From contig JAIVFI010000012.1 in NCBI GenBank assembly GCA_025558095.1, positions 124,001 through 188,000 of the forward strand: a stretch of DNA of 64,000 nucleotides, in the 5' to 3' direction. Below the pieces are notes generated by a model. The model did not search any database, was not told the origin of the DNA, and saw only the letters and a list, made by a program, of their open reading frames with translations. Positions within the stretch are counted from its first letter, which is position 1, and the number at the start of each line of letters is the position of its first letter. The position numbers were made by a program, and so were the translations under genes. Shown in pieces: positions 44,255 to 54,808 of this stretch. Origin of the DNA: Hyaloraphidium curvatum SAG 235-1 (lineage: Eukaryota > Fungi > Monoblepharomycota).

Positions 44255-45184
44255 TCACATGTCGAGGTAGAACCCCGGCGTCCCCAGCCCGAGCCCCACC
44301 CTCTTCCCCCTCCCCGCCTCGGCCTCCCTCTTGGCCTTCTCCTCCCGCATCATCTCCACCGCACCCGCCACCCGCTTCCTGTACTCCTCCACCGCGTCCG
44401 CCTTGTTGGCCCTCTCGGCGGCCTGGGCGGCGGTTTCGGCGCTCCGCGGCTGCCTCCCCTGCACCTGCTGCCCCACATTCCCGTCCTTGCCATCCAGGCT
44501 GATCCAGTGCGGGTGCCTGCTCAGGATGCGAGAGCCGGTATCCACGCTCTGGGAGCGGCGGTGCACCAGCGGGCGGGGGGGAGGCGGGGCGGGCGCGGCG
44601 GCGGTGGATGCCACGCGGCGGTGTCCCTGCGTCGGGGCGGGGGAAGGGACGGGGGGAGGGGGTGTGTGGGTGGGGGTAGAGATGGCCCATTCAGTGCCGA
44701 AGCCGTTGGGGCCGGGGGGGAAGGCGGGGGTGTTGGCGCCGGGAGGGGGGAAGGCGGCGGGGGGCAGGGCGGCGGGGTCGAAAACGGCGGTGCCGAAGGA
44801 GGGAATAGGTGCGGCGAGCGGGAGGAAGGGATTGGCGTCGATCGGTGCCGGCTGCACGGGGTAGGAAGGCTGGAAGGGCTGCCCGGTTGGGAGGGCGGGC
44901 TGTGCGGGGAACGGGGCCGACGGGGAGTAGGGGTCTCTGTAGCCGTTCTGAGGCTGCCTGCCGGCCATAAAATTGCCTGAAAATGGCGCCGGCATCGCTG
45001 CCGGGTGCGGCACGGGCTGGAGCGGCGCCGGAGACCGTGCTTGGGGCCGCGCGGAGTTTGCTGGGAGCGGGGCGGAGAAGCCCACCGCGGCGGGCCGCAG
45101 GGCCAGCGGAGCCGCGGGCGCGGGACGCGACGCCAGCGGGTCGAACTCCGCGAGGTCGGAGAGGTCGATCAGGGGGCGCGCCAT
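44255..45184 (-). CDS. Pro-rich protein with endocytic-type short motifs and C-terminal coiled coil
   Basis: N-terminal LIDL and FDPL, internal NPF, Pro-rich body, charged helical C-terminus. Confidence 0.6.
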   Translation of the reverse strand: MARPLIDLSDLAEFDPLASRPAPAAPLALRPAAVGFSAPLPANSARPQARSPAPLQPVPHPAAMPAPFSGNFMAGRQPQNGYRDPYSPSAPFPAQPALPTGQPFQPSYPVQPAPIDANPFLPLAAPIPSFGTAVFDPAALPPAAFPPPGANTPAFPPGPNGFGTEWAISTPTHTPPPPVPSPAPTQGHRRVASTAAAPAPPPPRPLVHRRSQSVDTGSRILSRHPHWISLDGKDGNVGQQVQGRQPRSAETAAQAAERANKADAVEEYRKRVAGAVEMMREEKAKREAEAGRGKRVGLGLGTPGFYLDM

Positions 45185-45610
45185 GGTGTTTCTTGCCGGG
45201 ATTCGGAGTGCGTCGGTGGCGGTGCTGGGAGCGGCCGCCCGATCAACTCCGCGAACGCAGATCCACAACAAACGGCAAGCCTTGTGCAACGGGAAGTGCC
45301 GAAACATCATTGCCGAATGCAATGAGAGCTCGAATGGACTTTGCATTGTATCTGAGACCATATCCTTTGCTTCTCCCTGCTCTGGGGTGGGCTAGGCGAC
45401 GCCGAGCACGGAGGACGGTGGCGAAGCCTCCGAAGCCGCCGAAAGGAGTCTCGTCGCACTCGGAACGCCGCATATTTGCTCGGAGAGGGCCTGATCGTAG
45501 GGTGCGGCCAGACCCCGAAGGTCCGGACCGTGGTCGGAAACGGCGATGCCTCTTGGGTGCTGGGCTGCCGCAGCTGTGCTGGGGCGGGTGCCATTAACGC
45601 GCCGTCGCCG

Positions 45611-45618
45611 TATAAAAG
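45611..45618 (+). promoter_or_regulatory. TATA box (TATAAAAG)
   Basis: Consensus TATAAAAG ~50 nt upstream of the cupredoxin ATG at 45664. Confidence 0.65.
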
Positions 45619-45663
45619 CACGCGAATCTCCCCCCGCCGTCGCCGCCCACCGCCTCCGACACG

Positions 45664-46392
45664 ATGTCCCGCTCTGCTCTCACCCTCGTCGTGCTCTGTC
45701 TGGCGCTCACGGCTCGCGTCCATGGCGCCACGGTCGAAGTTATCGTGTCTCCCGGTGGGCGCGGGCGTCGACGCGGGACGTCGGCCGCTGCTCACCCGCG
45801 CGGCCCCAGGCAACAACTTCAGGTTCAGCCCGTCGACCGTGACGATCGACGCCGGGGACACGGTCAAATGGACGTGGGCGGCCGACAACTCGGCGCCGCA
45901 CACGGTCTCCAACGTCGCCGGGCCGAGCTCCTGCTCCGCGGCGAACCCGTCGGCTTTCGGCTCGTCGACTCAGGTGCGCCGGTCACGTCGCTGAAGATTG
46001 CCTGACGCGCTAACCGGGATTCGCCGAATCAGACTCAGGGAACCTTTAGCCAGACCTTCACCACCGCCGGAACCTTCGACTACGCCTGCCTGGTCGGAAG
46101 CCACTGTGCCGGGGGTGGGTTTCCTGATCCCGCCAACACCACATCGTTGGATGCTGATCCCGCCTTGCTCGATTGCTTCCCAGGTATGCGCGGGCAGGTG
46201 ATAGTGCGCCAAGCCGCGACCTCGGCCGCCACAACCGCTCCTCCCGCCACTTCCGCCGCCCCAACGACAAGTGCTGCAGCCACCACCACGGCCGCGCCTG
46301 CTACGACCACGAGCAAGCCTGGCGGCGCCGCTTCGCTGAAGCCGGGCATGGTTCTGGGAGCTCTGATCGCCGGCGCCTTCGTGGCACTCTGA
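45664..46392 (+). CDS. Secreted cupredoxin (type-1 Cu) with Thr/Ala stalk and GPI-like tail
   Basis: Signal peptide; FSPSTVTIDAGDTVKWTW; HTV; YACLVGSHC..GMRGQVIV (H, C, H, M ligands); three introns. Confidence 0.85.
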
Positions 46393-46470
46393 GGTGGAGC
46401 CGGAGCTGGATCGACGATAGAAAACCAGTTTTGTATTGCGTAGTCGAAATTTTGTTGCAGCCAAATGTAA

Positions 46471-47606
46471 CTAAAGCTTCCCGGACTTTTCCACCATTGC
46501 CTTTGCCGCCTCGGCGTTGGCATCCAGCTCCCAGCTGTCGCCTCCTCTGGCGCGCAAGACGCCTGCCGTAGGGTCCGCAAAATGCGTTCCGATAACCAGT
46601 GTCTGCCCGTCCGTCCACTTCTTGAGGAAGTCGATCCGCGTCGCCACCGCTTTAGGGCTATCCCAATCGAAATGGGAGGTGATGGTCGGCACCGCGATCT
46701 GCAGCGGGTTGTGGATCGAATCCCCCGTGATCACGGCCCTCTTGCCCCTGCTCTCGAGCACCACCGAGACGTGCCCCGGTGTGTGCCCGATCGTGGGAAC
46801 CAGCCGCACCCCCTCGCAGAGCTGACGCGTCGGTTCCACCAGCTCGGCCAGGCCGGCGTCCATGACCGGCTTGACCGAGTCGTTGAAGATGTCGTCGTCG
46901 TCCCGGTACGCCGTGACCCGCCAGTAGTCGAACTCGGCCTTGGCAAAGTAGTAGCGGGCGTTGGGGAACGTCGGCACCCACTTGCCGTCCACCAGGCTCG
47001 TGTTGAAGCCGCAGTGGTCGACGTGGAGGTGCGTACAAACCACGGCGGTGATGGATTCCTATCGCGAGGAACCGTCAGACTCCAGCAACGGCCCAGCTTC
47101 ACCAGGAACGAACCCGGGGATAGCCGGCAGCGGCCATGCGGTCGAGAAAGTCGTCCTTCTTCATGTTGAACTGCGGGTTGTGCCTGGAGAGGGCGGTCGG
47201 TCATCTTCGGAAGCGTTGGCCCGAGCTCGCTCGACCGCACCGCTTCTTATCGTTGCCAACGCACGTGTCGACGATGACCTTGTTCTTCCCGGCGTCCACG
47301 ATGAGCGACTGCATCCGCAAGAGGAGGTTCCCGTCGTCGGTCACGAAGGTCGGCGCGATCCACGAATGTTCTTTGCAGATGGCCTGCACGCGCTTCTTGT
47401 CGACATCATTGTATATGAATCGTGGCCCAGTGGGGTTCTGTGATTCAGGGACGCTCTGTCGGGTGGGTGGAAGGAGCAGAGCGCCGGGAGACAGTCCATG
47501 CCACCGGGTCGTTCGACGGTACCGTGAGTCTCCAGGCCTCGTATCATGCAGAAAAGCGACATACGGTAACCGTAATGTCTCCGACACGCCACTTCAAGGT
47601 CTTCAT
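46471..47606 (-). CDS. Metallo-beta-lactamase-fold hydrolase (bacterial type), C-terminal GKL
   Basis: MKTLKWRVGDITVT, IVDTCVGNDK, THLHVDHCG (HxHxDH), PTFPNARY, GHTPGH, TGD, GTHF; several introns. Confidence 0.9.
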
Positions 47607-47836
47607 TTCTGGGCAAGCTCGGGGGTCCGGGTCAGGCGAAGAGGGGCAAATCGATCATACAGGGAACGGAACGCACACGCGCCAAACCGACGATGCTCAC
47701 GTGCAGCTTCGAGTATGTGTATTCAAGATCTATGGTACGGTACGGCCAACTTCGAGTACGTATATTTAAGTACGGCCAACGAGCCGATTTCGCACAGATG
47801 TCCACACTGGTCAGAATTACTCCAAGAAACGGAAAT

Positions 47837-49157
47837 CTACGACGCCTCGATGTACTTCTCGCTCATCCCCTTGTGGTCCTCGAGCCATTGCTTAACGATC
47901 GGGTTAAGCGCGACCATGTTCTTGTACCTGAGCCAAAGCGGTTAGATTGGTGCCCAAATGCCGCCAGCACTGAACCCACTTCGAAAAATCCGGTCCCATC
48001 CTGCAGACCGCAGAGTACAGGCGCTCCACGAACGGCCTGAGCGGCCTCTTGTCCGGATCCGGATCGTCGGGATTCCCTTTCGGGACCTCGGTCTTTTCCC
48101 GCTCCTCCATGTCCGCGATCACGTCGGTCAGCTTGTAGACGAACAGCCGGATCCCAAACACCACGGCCTTGGTCTTTGGCAGACGGATGAAGGTCTGCCG
48201 TTCGACCCGCAGGTAGAGCTCCTCGAATGTAGGCGGCCGTTCGGGTTCATTCATGTCCACCATGTTCCCGACATACTCGGGGCGGAAGTAGCGCGGGTCC
48301 TTCTGGATGAACCAGTTGAGGCGGTGTGAAGGGTTCTGGAGGACGTCGAACCACTTGTTGACGGGCTTCAGGATCTTGGCGTTGAATCCGGGCACGGGTT
48401 CGTGAACAACGCCCATCACCGTGCCGATCTTGGTGGTCATGAGCGATCCCGGGAACGAGTAGCAGTTGATGCTGCTGTTGTACTTCCAGTTCACATCGTC
48501 GTCCGGGTGCGCGTCGGTCTTGTGCTTTGTCAGGATCGCGACGTCCTCGATGATCAGCGACCCGACGACCTTCATCGGCTCCGGCACAGCATCCAGGTCC
48601 GGCCACGATTCCCCGGTGACCTTGTTCAGGATGCCCTTCCCGCCGTTGATCTTCTCGAAGCAGGTCGGGAACCGCTGGGTGATATAGTCCGCGATGTAGT
48701 GCAGGTACTCGAGCGACGCTTCCCGCGCGCATTCAAGCATGAAGGTCACGTCCGTCGGGTTCGTCTCGATCACCCGCCGGCGCTCGGCGATCAGTTCGGG
48801 GTAGCGCGAGCCCAGCTCGATGAAGGTCGACATGTCGAGCGCAGACAGGCCTGCGAAGACCGAGACGGGCGTCAAGAAGATGAACAACCGACAGATAGCC
48901 CTCATGAACGCACCCATGGACGCCTTGTAAGCACCTGGCTTCACGTGCTGCACGTAGATAGCCTCCTTGACGGCCAGGGGATCGCCCTGGAACGGCCCGA
49001 CGTGTTCGAACCCGCAGCCCGGCCCGGCCTCCTCATCCTCATCGCGAGGTCGCTTTGCACCCGTCTCGAGCGGTTTGCGGCTGTACGAAACGAACGCGGC
49101 CACGGCGAGAGCTGCTGCCGCTGCGCCAGCGAACGTCACTGCGTTCCCGACCGCCAT
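47837..49157 (-). CDS. Heme-dependent oxidative N-demethylase alpha-like protein (DUF3445/HDOD) with N-terminal TM
   Basis: EDVAIL, HEPVPG, HRLNW, LRVERQTFIRLPKTKAVVFGIR; last exon YKNMVALNP...YIEAS*. Confidence 0.85.
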
Positions 49158-49533
49158 GGTGCGGCGGGATCCAACGGAGCGGGATCGAAAGTTCTCAGTA
49201 ACTCCACCGACAGAATGTCACCGCCGTGACGGCCCTCAGAGGAAAGAAGGTGGAGATGGAGGCGGGATGTCCGCCAATCTCGTCGGCGCAACGCCGCGAT
49301 CGAGCCGCCGATCGGCTCCGTTCCGCGGGCGACGTACGTCACATCCACAAAACCTGCATGTTGTCTAGCGCTTGTCAAGGAACAACGAAAACCACTTTGT
49401 TCTTGTAGATACACATCTACACGTCTTTTCTCTAGCGGGGTTTGGGGCTCTCCCCGACGGGTACACCCATCATGCATGCCAATCTTCCCCCAGAGTCCGA
49501 AGCCACCATCTCCAACGTCCAAAAGCCGTCTCA

Positions 49534-50881
49534 CTAGTTGGCAACGAAGCCCTTGAAGCTCTCGTTCATATAAGTGATGAATCGAGGAGAAAGACCCTCC
49601 CTGGCGAGGTGCTCCTTCGGCGCCGGCGTCTTGATCGCCCTCCAGTTGGGGTCCTTGGCGACGAGCTGCGGCAGGTCGTGGTGCAAGATCGCGGCACGGC
49701 CGACGATGACGAAGTCGTAGCCGTGCTCGAGCACGCGCTTGTAGTCCTCGGCGGCGTAGAGCTTGCCGGCGCAGCCGACGCGGCAGCCGTGGCGAGGAAT
49801 GTCGCTGAACCAGTCCAGCAGGGGCTTGGCGGCGAATTCCTTCTCGACGGGCTTCTTGAAACAATCCCAGAGAGAGAGATCAAGGTAGTCAAGTTTCTGT
49901 CGTTCGAGCAGGACGCGAACGAGCTCGATCTGCTCCTTCAGCTGGATGCCGAAACGCTCGGGAGACAGGCGGACGCCGAGCTGGAAGTCGGGCCGGCAGC
50001 GGGCGCGGATCCCGTCGATGATGTCGAAGAGGATCTTGGTGCGGTGCCAGAGGTCGCCGCCGTAGCCGTCCTTGCGGAGGTTGGTCTCCGAGGAGTTGAA
50101 GGCGCACAGAATGTAACCTGCAGAGCAAGATCAGCAAGCGATTCAAGCGCGAAACAGCTCAACCCACCGTGGGCCCCGTGAAGTTCGACACCGTCGAAGC
50201 CAGCCTTCTCCGCGCGGACCGCACCCTCGATGAAGTCCGACTTGAGCTGCTCGACCTCCTCAAGAGAAAGGGCCCTGGCGCCCCACTCGGCGTTCTCGCT
50301 GGGGCCGACCGGCTTTTCGCCAATCAGGTCGGGCGGCGACCTCAGCCCGGCGTGGTGAAGCTGCACGCTCGAAACCGAGCCGTACGACTTGATAGCGGCA
50401 GCAAGGCGGGCGAGGCCAGGGATCTGGTCGTCGCTCCAGATGCCGAGCTGGCCGGGGAAACCCTGCCCGCGCGCCTGAACGTGGGCAGCTGGCAAGCAAA
50501 GTTGTGACGAACACGATGAGCGACATAACATGCCAGATGAGGTTGAGAGAAACACGATTAGCGACATATCAGGGCAGATCGCGAACGGGAGACCCCACCG
50601 CAGGTCATGACGAGCCCGATGCCGCCCTTTGCCCTCATGGTGAGCCAGTGGAACTCGTCCTCGGACAGCTTGCCGTCCGGGTAGCTCTGGCAGTTGGTGA
50701 GCGGCGCCAGCATGAACTTGTTGGGCCACGCGGGCCCGCGCGGGAGCGTGAGCGGGGTGAACAGGTCGGCCTGTGGCAACGCGGCGTGAGGCGCGAATCG
50801 CGGCCGCCGGCCGGCGAGGCGCACCAGCTTGCCGGTAAGGTGCGCGGCCGTAGCCTGCAGACGCTCCGTGGCGCGGGACAT
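49534..50881 (-). CDS. NADH:flavin oxidoreductase (old yellow enzyme family) with N-terminal PTS2
   Basis: MLAPLTN, QLHHAG, AGFDGVELHGAHG|Y, RKDGYGG, VRLSPE, VGRAAI; exon 1 encodes RLQATAAHL. Confidence 0.9.
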
Positions 50882-51014
50882 GGCGGCGGCAGGGGAGGCG
50901 GGGACGGTGGTTTGCAGGTCCGGGCCGACGGCGAGCCGCTGCCGGCCGCTCCAAAGGTCCCTTGATGATGCCACCCGCGGACCTGCTTTCTCTAAGATTT
51001 CCGCTCTCCACAAT

Positions 51015-52766
51015 CTAGCAACACAGCCGTGCAGAATGGATGTCGCACGAACCTAGGGCATCCAGGCTGAAAACCATTTCGGAACGATCTGCCGCGCCCA
51101 GGGCATCGAACGTCACCTTCCCATCCATCATCGCAACCAAAATCTTGATCGTGTGCAGCTCGTTGACCGGAACTTGGAACGGGCTCTTGTCCAGCAGTAC
51201 CAGATCGGCCCGCTTGCCAACCTCGATGGTCCCGACGAGATGCTCCATCGATAGCTGCCTTGCCGCCGCGTTTGTGTACCCGGCCACCGCCTCCCGCACG
51301 GTCCAGCATTCAGACTCGGGTGCCAGGATTTCCGACAGCTCCTCTGGCGTGCCGTTGCCAGAGAGCGCCGCCCTGAGATACTCGGGGATCCTCCGCGTCA
51401 CCGCGCCTTCCATGTTGCCGAAAGCCGATGTGCCGAGCCATCCGCCCGAAGTCGCAGGCCAGTCGCTGCCCAGGGTCACCGTGACGCCGCTGTCGAGGAG
51501 CTCGCGAAACATGTACCGCCGGCCGTATCGATCGGGACCGAGCGCAGGCAGGAGAGATGGATTCGGGTTCATCCACACTCCCGTCGTCTCGACAACGACG
51601 TCAAGCGGCTTGCAGTGCGGCCGATCTGCAGGATCCACGAGCTCTGCATGCGTGTGAACGAGCCTCGTTTTGCCGCCGGCTTTGCGGGCTGCCTCGAATG
51701 CATCCAGGATAGCGCGGCCGGCAGCGTCACCAATGCCGTGCAACATCACGTCGAATCCGCGCTTGGATGCTTCGGTGACAAATGCGGCAAGCTCAGCGGG
51801 CGGCAGAACCAGTGCGCCCTTGTGCCCGGGCTCGTCGGCGTAGGCTTCCAGAAAAGCCGCGCGGCGGTTCTCGATCACGCCATCGGCCACCACCTTGAGG
51901 GTGCGGACGAGGATCTTGCCCTCCCTTTCGCGCCTGTGTGCCGCTTCCAGGATATTGAGGGGCTTGGAAGGCATCTGCGCCGCATTGTTCACCATGTACG
52001 ACGCGCTGACACGCACGGGGAGCTCGCCCTTATCGTCCATCGCCCGGCAGGCAGCCAGCGCGGGCTCGAATGCAAACAGGGAGCCAGCGTCGAAGATGGT
52101 CGTGAATCCTTGCGCCGCCAGCCCACCCAGCAGAGGACCCAGCCCAGCGGCGACCGTATCGGGCCCGATCACGCCCATGGCTTGTAGGACGGGCACGTAT
52201 GCAGGCGCCGACCGGATGGATCCCGTCGGCGTGCCGTCCGGGTCGCGGTCGTACTTGCCCGAGCTGCCCAAGTCGGGACTAGCAGCGGTGATCCCGGCAA
52301 CAGCAAGGGCGGCGGTGTTGCACCAAGCCGCGTGGAGATCCCAGCTGACGAGCAGCACGGGCACGTCCACGACGTCCAGCAGCTCCTTCCGCGGTCCTTC
52401 GGGTCCGAACATCGAAGTTCCGTAGCCCTGCCCGTAGAGCGCCTTCTTTTCGGGATGGTCGGCCGCGTGCTTTGCCAACTTTTCCTGGATCGCGGCCACC
52501 GTGTCGTCCTGCGCCACGACGAGGCCCGCGGCAATCAGTCCCCCGGCGAGGGCGTGAATGTGGGTCTCAATGAACCCTGGGAGGACGGTGCGGCCGCCGG
52601 CGTCGACCACCCGCGTCGCGTCGCCGGCTAGAGCCAGGGCGCCGGCGTCGTCCCCGACGAAGACAAGAGCGCCATCCCTCACCGCCAGGGCGCTCGCCAC
52701 GGTGCCGGCGGCGGACATCGTTTCGATGACGGCATTGTGCAAGACAAAGTCGGCCGGCGTTGCCAT
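51015..52766 (-). CDS. Amidohydrolase family 3 (YtcJ/NfdA-like)
   Basis: PGFIETHIH, DLHAAWCN, KVVADG, HGIGDAA, HAEL, GSDWP, GTIEVGKRADLVLL; intronless. Confidence 0.92.
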   Translation of the reverse strand: MATPADFVLHNAVIETMSAAGTVASALAVRDGALVFVGDDAGALALAGDATRVVDAGGRTVLPGFIETHIHALAGGLIAAGLVVAQDDTVAAIQEKLAKHAADHPEKKALYGQGYGTSMFGPEGPRKELLDVVDVPVLLVSWDLHAAWCNTAALAVAGITAASPDLGSSGKYDRDPDGTPTGSIRSAPAYVPVLQAMGVIGPDTVAAGLGPLLGGLAAQGFTTIFDAGSLFAFEPALAACRAMDDKGELPVRVSASYMVNNAAQMPSKPLNILEAAHRREREGKILVRTLKVVADGVIENRRAAFLEAYADEPGHKGALVLPPAELAAFVTEASKRGFDVMLHGIGDAAGRAILDAFEAARKAGGKTRLVHTHAELVDPADRPHCKPLDVVVETTGVWMNPNPSLLPALGPDRYGRRYMFRELLDSGVTVTLGSDWPATSGGWLGTSAFGNMEGAVTRRIPEYLRAALSGNGTPEELSEILAPESECWTVREAVAGYTNAAARQLSMEHLVGTIEVGKRADLVLLDKSPFQVPVNELHTIKILVAMMDGKVTFDALGAADRSEMVFSLDALGSCDIHSARLCC

Positions 52767-52916
52767 TGCGGTCTGAAGAGGCAGTGAAGGTGTGCGTCCC
52801 TGCCGATCCCTCGATCCCTCGACGGCCTTAGTTGCCGCCGCCACATAATTCCGGGCTGGACGACCAACAGGATTAACTCGGAATGCACGACGATGCTCGG
52901 TAAGATTACTCCAACA

Positions 52917-54504
52917 TTACGACTTCTTCTTGCCGACATCCTGGAGCTTGACCCGCTCGCTCTCCACGCCGTACCTGCGGCGCAGCGCGGCCAGCTCCCT
53001 CTCCCCGCCAAACATCAACGCGAGCTTGAGCAGCAGCGCCGCAATATGTCCCCAGTAGCCGACACCAGCCCACGCCGACCAGCTCTTGTGCCACGTGAGG
53101 AGCATGAACGGTGCGACCGTGTAGTTGACGACCAACTGCGTCGTCAACCAGGTCGCGAGGTCGTAGAGGCGCTTGTACTGTGCCAGAGGGGAGGGACTGA
53201 CAAAGAGGGGTCGCACGCTGTTCCTGATCGTCCGGGAAAGGGAAATCATGACGGCTAGGCTCAGGAACGTCATGTAGTAGCCCGGGTAGAACTGCGGACC
53301 GGGCTCAGAACCTGAGCAAGGGGACGCTGTCTCGAGAAACACCCACCCCGTGCCAGAAGGAGCTGACGAGGAACACAATCCACACCTCCAAGCCGCCCTT
53401 GATGCCCAGGTCCTTGCACCGCTCGTGGACGGTGAACCGCAGCCAACTCTGGGTGTTGATGTTCCAGTTGTCCCCGTACTGCTTCAGGTTTTGCGCGCCC
53501 TCGATCTCGGTAGGGTTCACGTTCGACAGCCGCGAAAAAGTCGCGGGCTTGTCGCCCGAGGGAGGCGTATAGCCCAGGCCGACGGCGATGCAGGCGCCTT
53601 CAGCGATCTTCCACGCCGCGTAGAACTTGGTCCGCGCGACGATGCCGGTCACGTTAAGCCACATGATCCGCGGCAGAGTGGAGAGGGAGGCGTATGCGGG
53701 GGTGAGGAGGTAGTGGTAACCGTACTTGCCAAAGAGGGCGTAGAGCACGGCGAAGGAGAGGCCCGTTCCGAGCGCACGAAGGGTCGGAACGACCGTTTTC
53801 GGACGCGCATGGGCAACGGCATGCCCGTTCGCCTCTTTTGACGCTCCGTTCGAGGTGGCATTCGACCCATTGGCCTTCGCGTCGGCGTCTTCGGCCGCGG
53901 CGTACAGGGAGCCGTCGATCCATTTCGCGTAGAGCGAGTAGTCAAAAGCCGGCCCGGCCAGGAAACCACCCCAGAAGAAGGCGTAGCCCATGAACTCGAG
54001 CAGGCCGGGCACCTCCCTGATGACGCGTGCGCGCTGCAACGGCGTCATCTTCTCCTCCGGAACGGCGGAATCCCCGACCGAGAAGGCGTAGGAGGTAAGC
54101 TTAATCGCGAGAACCATCAAGCTGGCAGTAAAGTCGAACGCCTTCTGGTTGCCCAGCGTGGCCGTTAGCTGCTTCGCGAGGTGGTTCGCGGCGAGGTGCA
54201 GCATGACAATGGCCATCGTGACGGGGCCCAGACGACGCCGCGGTAGCGTCCGCGACAGCACCCAAGTGAGAAGGGTGATCCCGATGAGGTTCGCGAGGCC
54301 GAACGCGTCGAAGAAGGCCAGCATGATGGCCGAACACGTCACGAGAGAGTAGACGTGCTTCAGCATCGCCGTCCAGGCAGTCTGCGGAGCGCCATCGAAG
54401 AGCATGTTGAAGGCTATCGAAATCGGATAGCCGGCGAGCATCGCGCTGACGGCAACCAGCTGGTCCTGGGGAATCCCCGTGTGCTTCGCGAGGAACGCGA
54501 ACAT
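52917..54504 (-). CDS. MBOAT lysophospholipid acyltransferase (Ale1/LPCAT3-like)
   Basis: MVLAIKLTS, FLAGPAFDY, KFYAAW, WNINTQSWL, SSFWHG|FYPGYY; one intron ~53293-53348. Confidence 0.9.
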
Positions 54505-54808
54505 CGCGGCCAAAGTGCTCCCGTTCGGCCGAGACGCCGCGACCGGGCTCAGGTTCGCCGGGCTATCCTTTACAATATACCGATGCTTCGATTTCAGAAG
54601 CAAGGAGGGCTGCTGGCCCGCACAACGGGGCAAGCGTGAGCTCGATTTCGGGAGTTCACGAGCCGCCGAGCCGCGTCGCCACAACCACTCGCACCGACGT
54701 CCGAGTCATAGAAGCAGCACCATCAATTGATCAAGAAAGAGGTAGTACATCAAAATCAGCTTCAACCTTGCCCGAGATGATCATCTTCATGTTTGGTACG
54801 GTTGAGAA

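Noticed and set aside
44560-44830. G-rich tract as a G-quadruplex or telomere-like repeat (also 39815-39875)
   Set aside because: It is the reverse complement of proline-rich coding sequence.
51015-51035. C-terminal CC of the amidohydrolase as a prenylation signal
   Set aside because: CC geranylgeranylation needs a Rab fold bound by REP; there is no supporting context.
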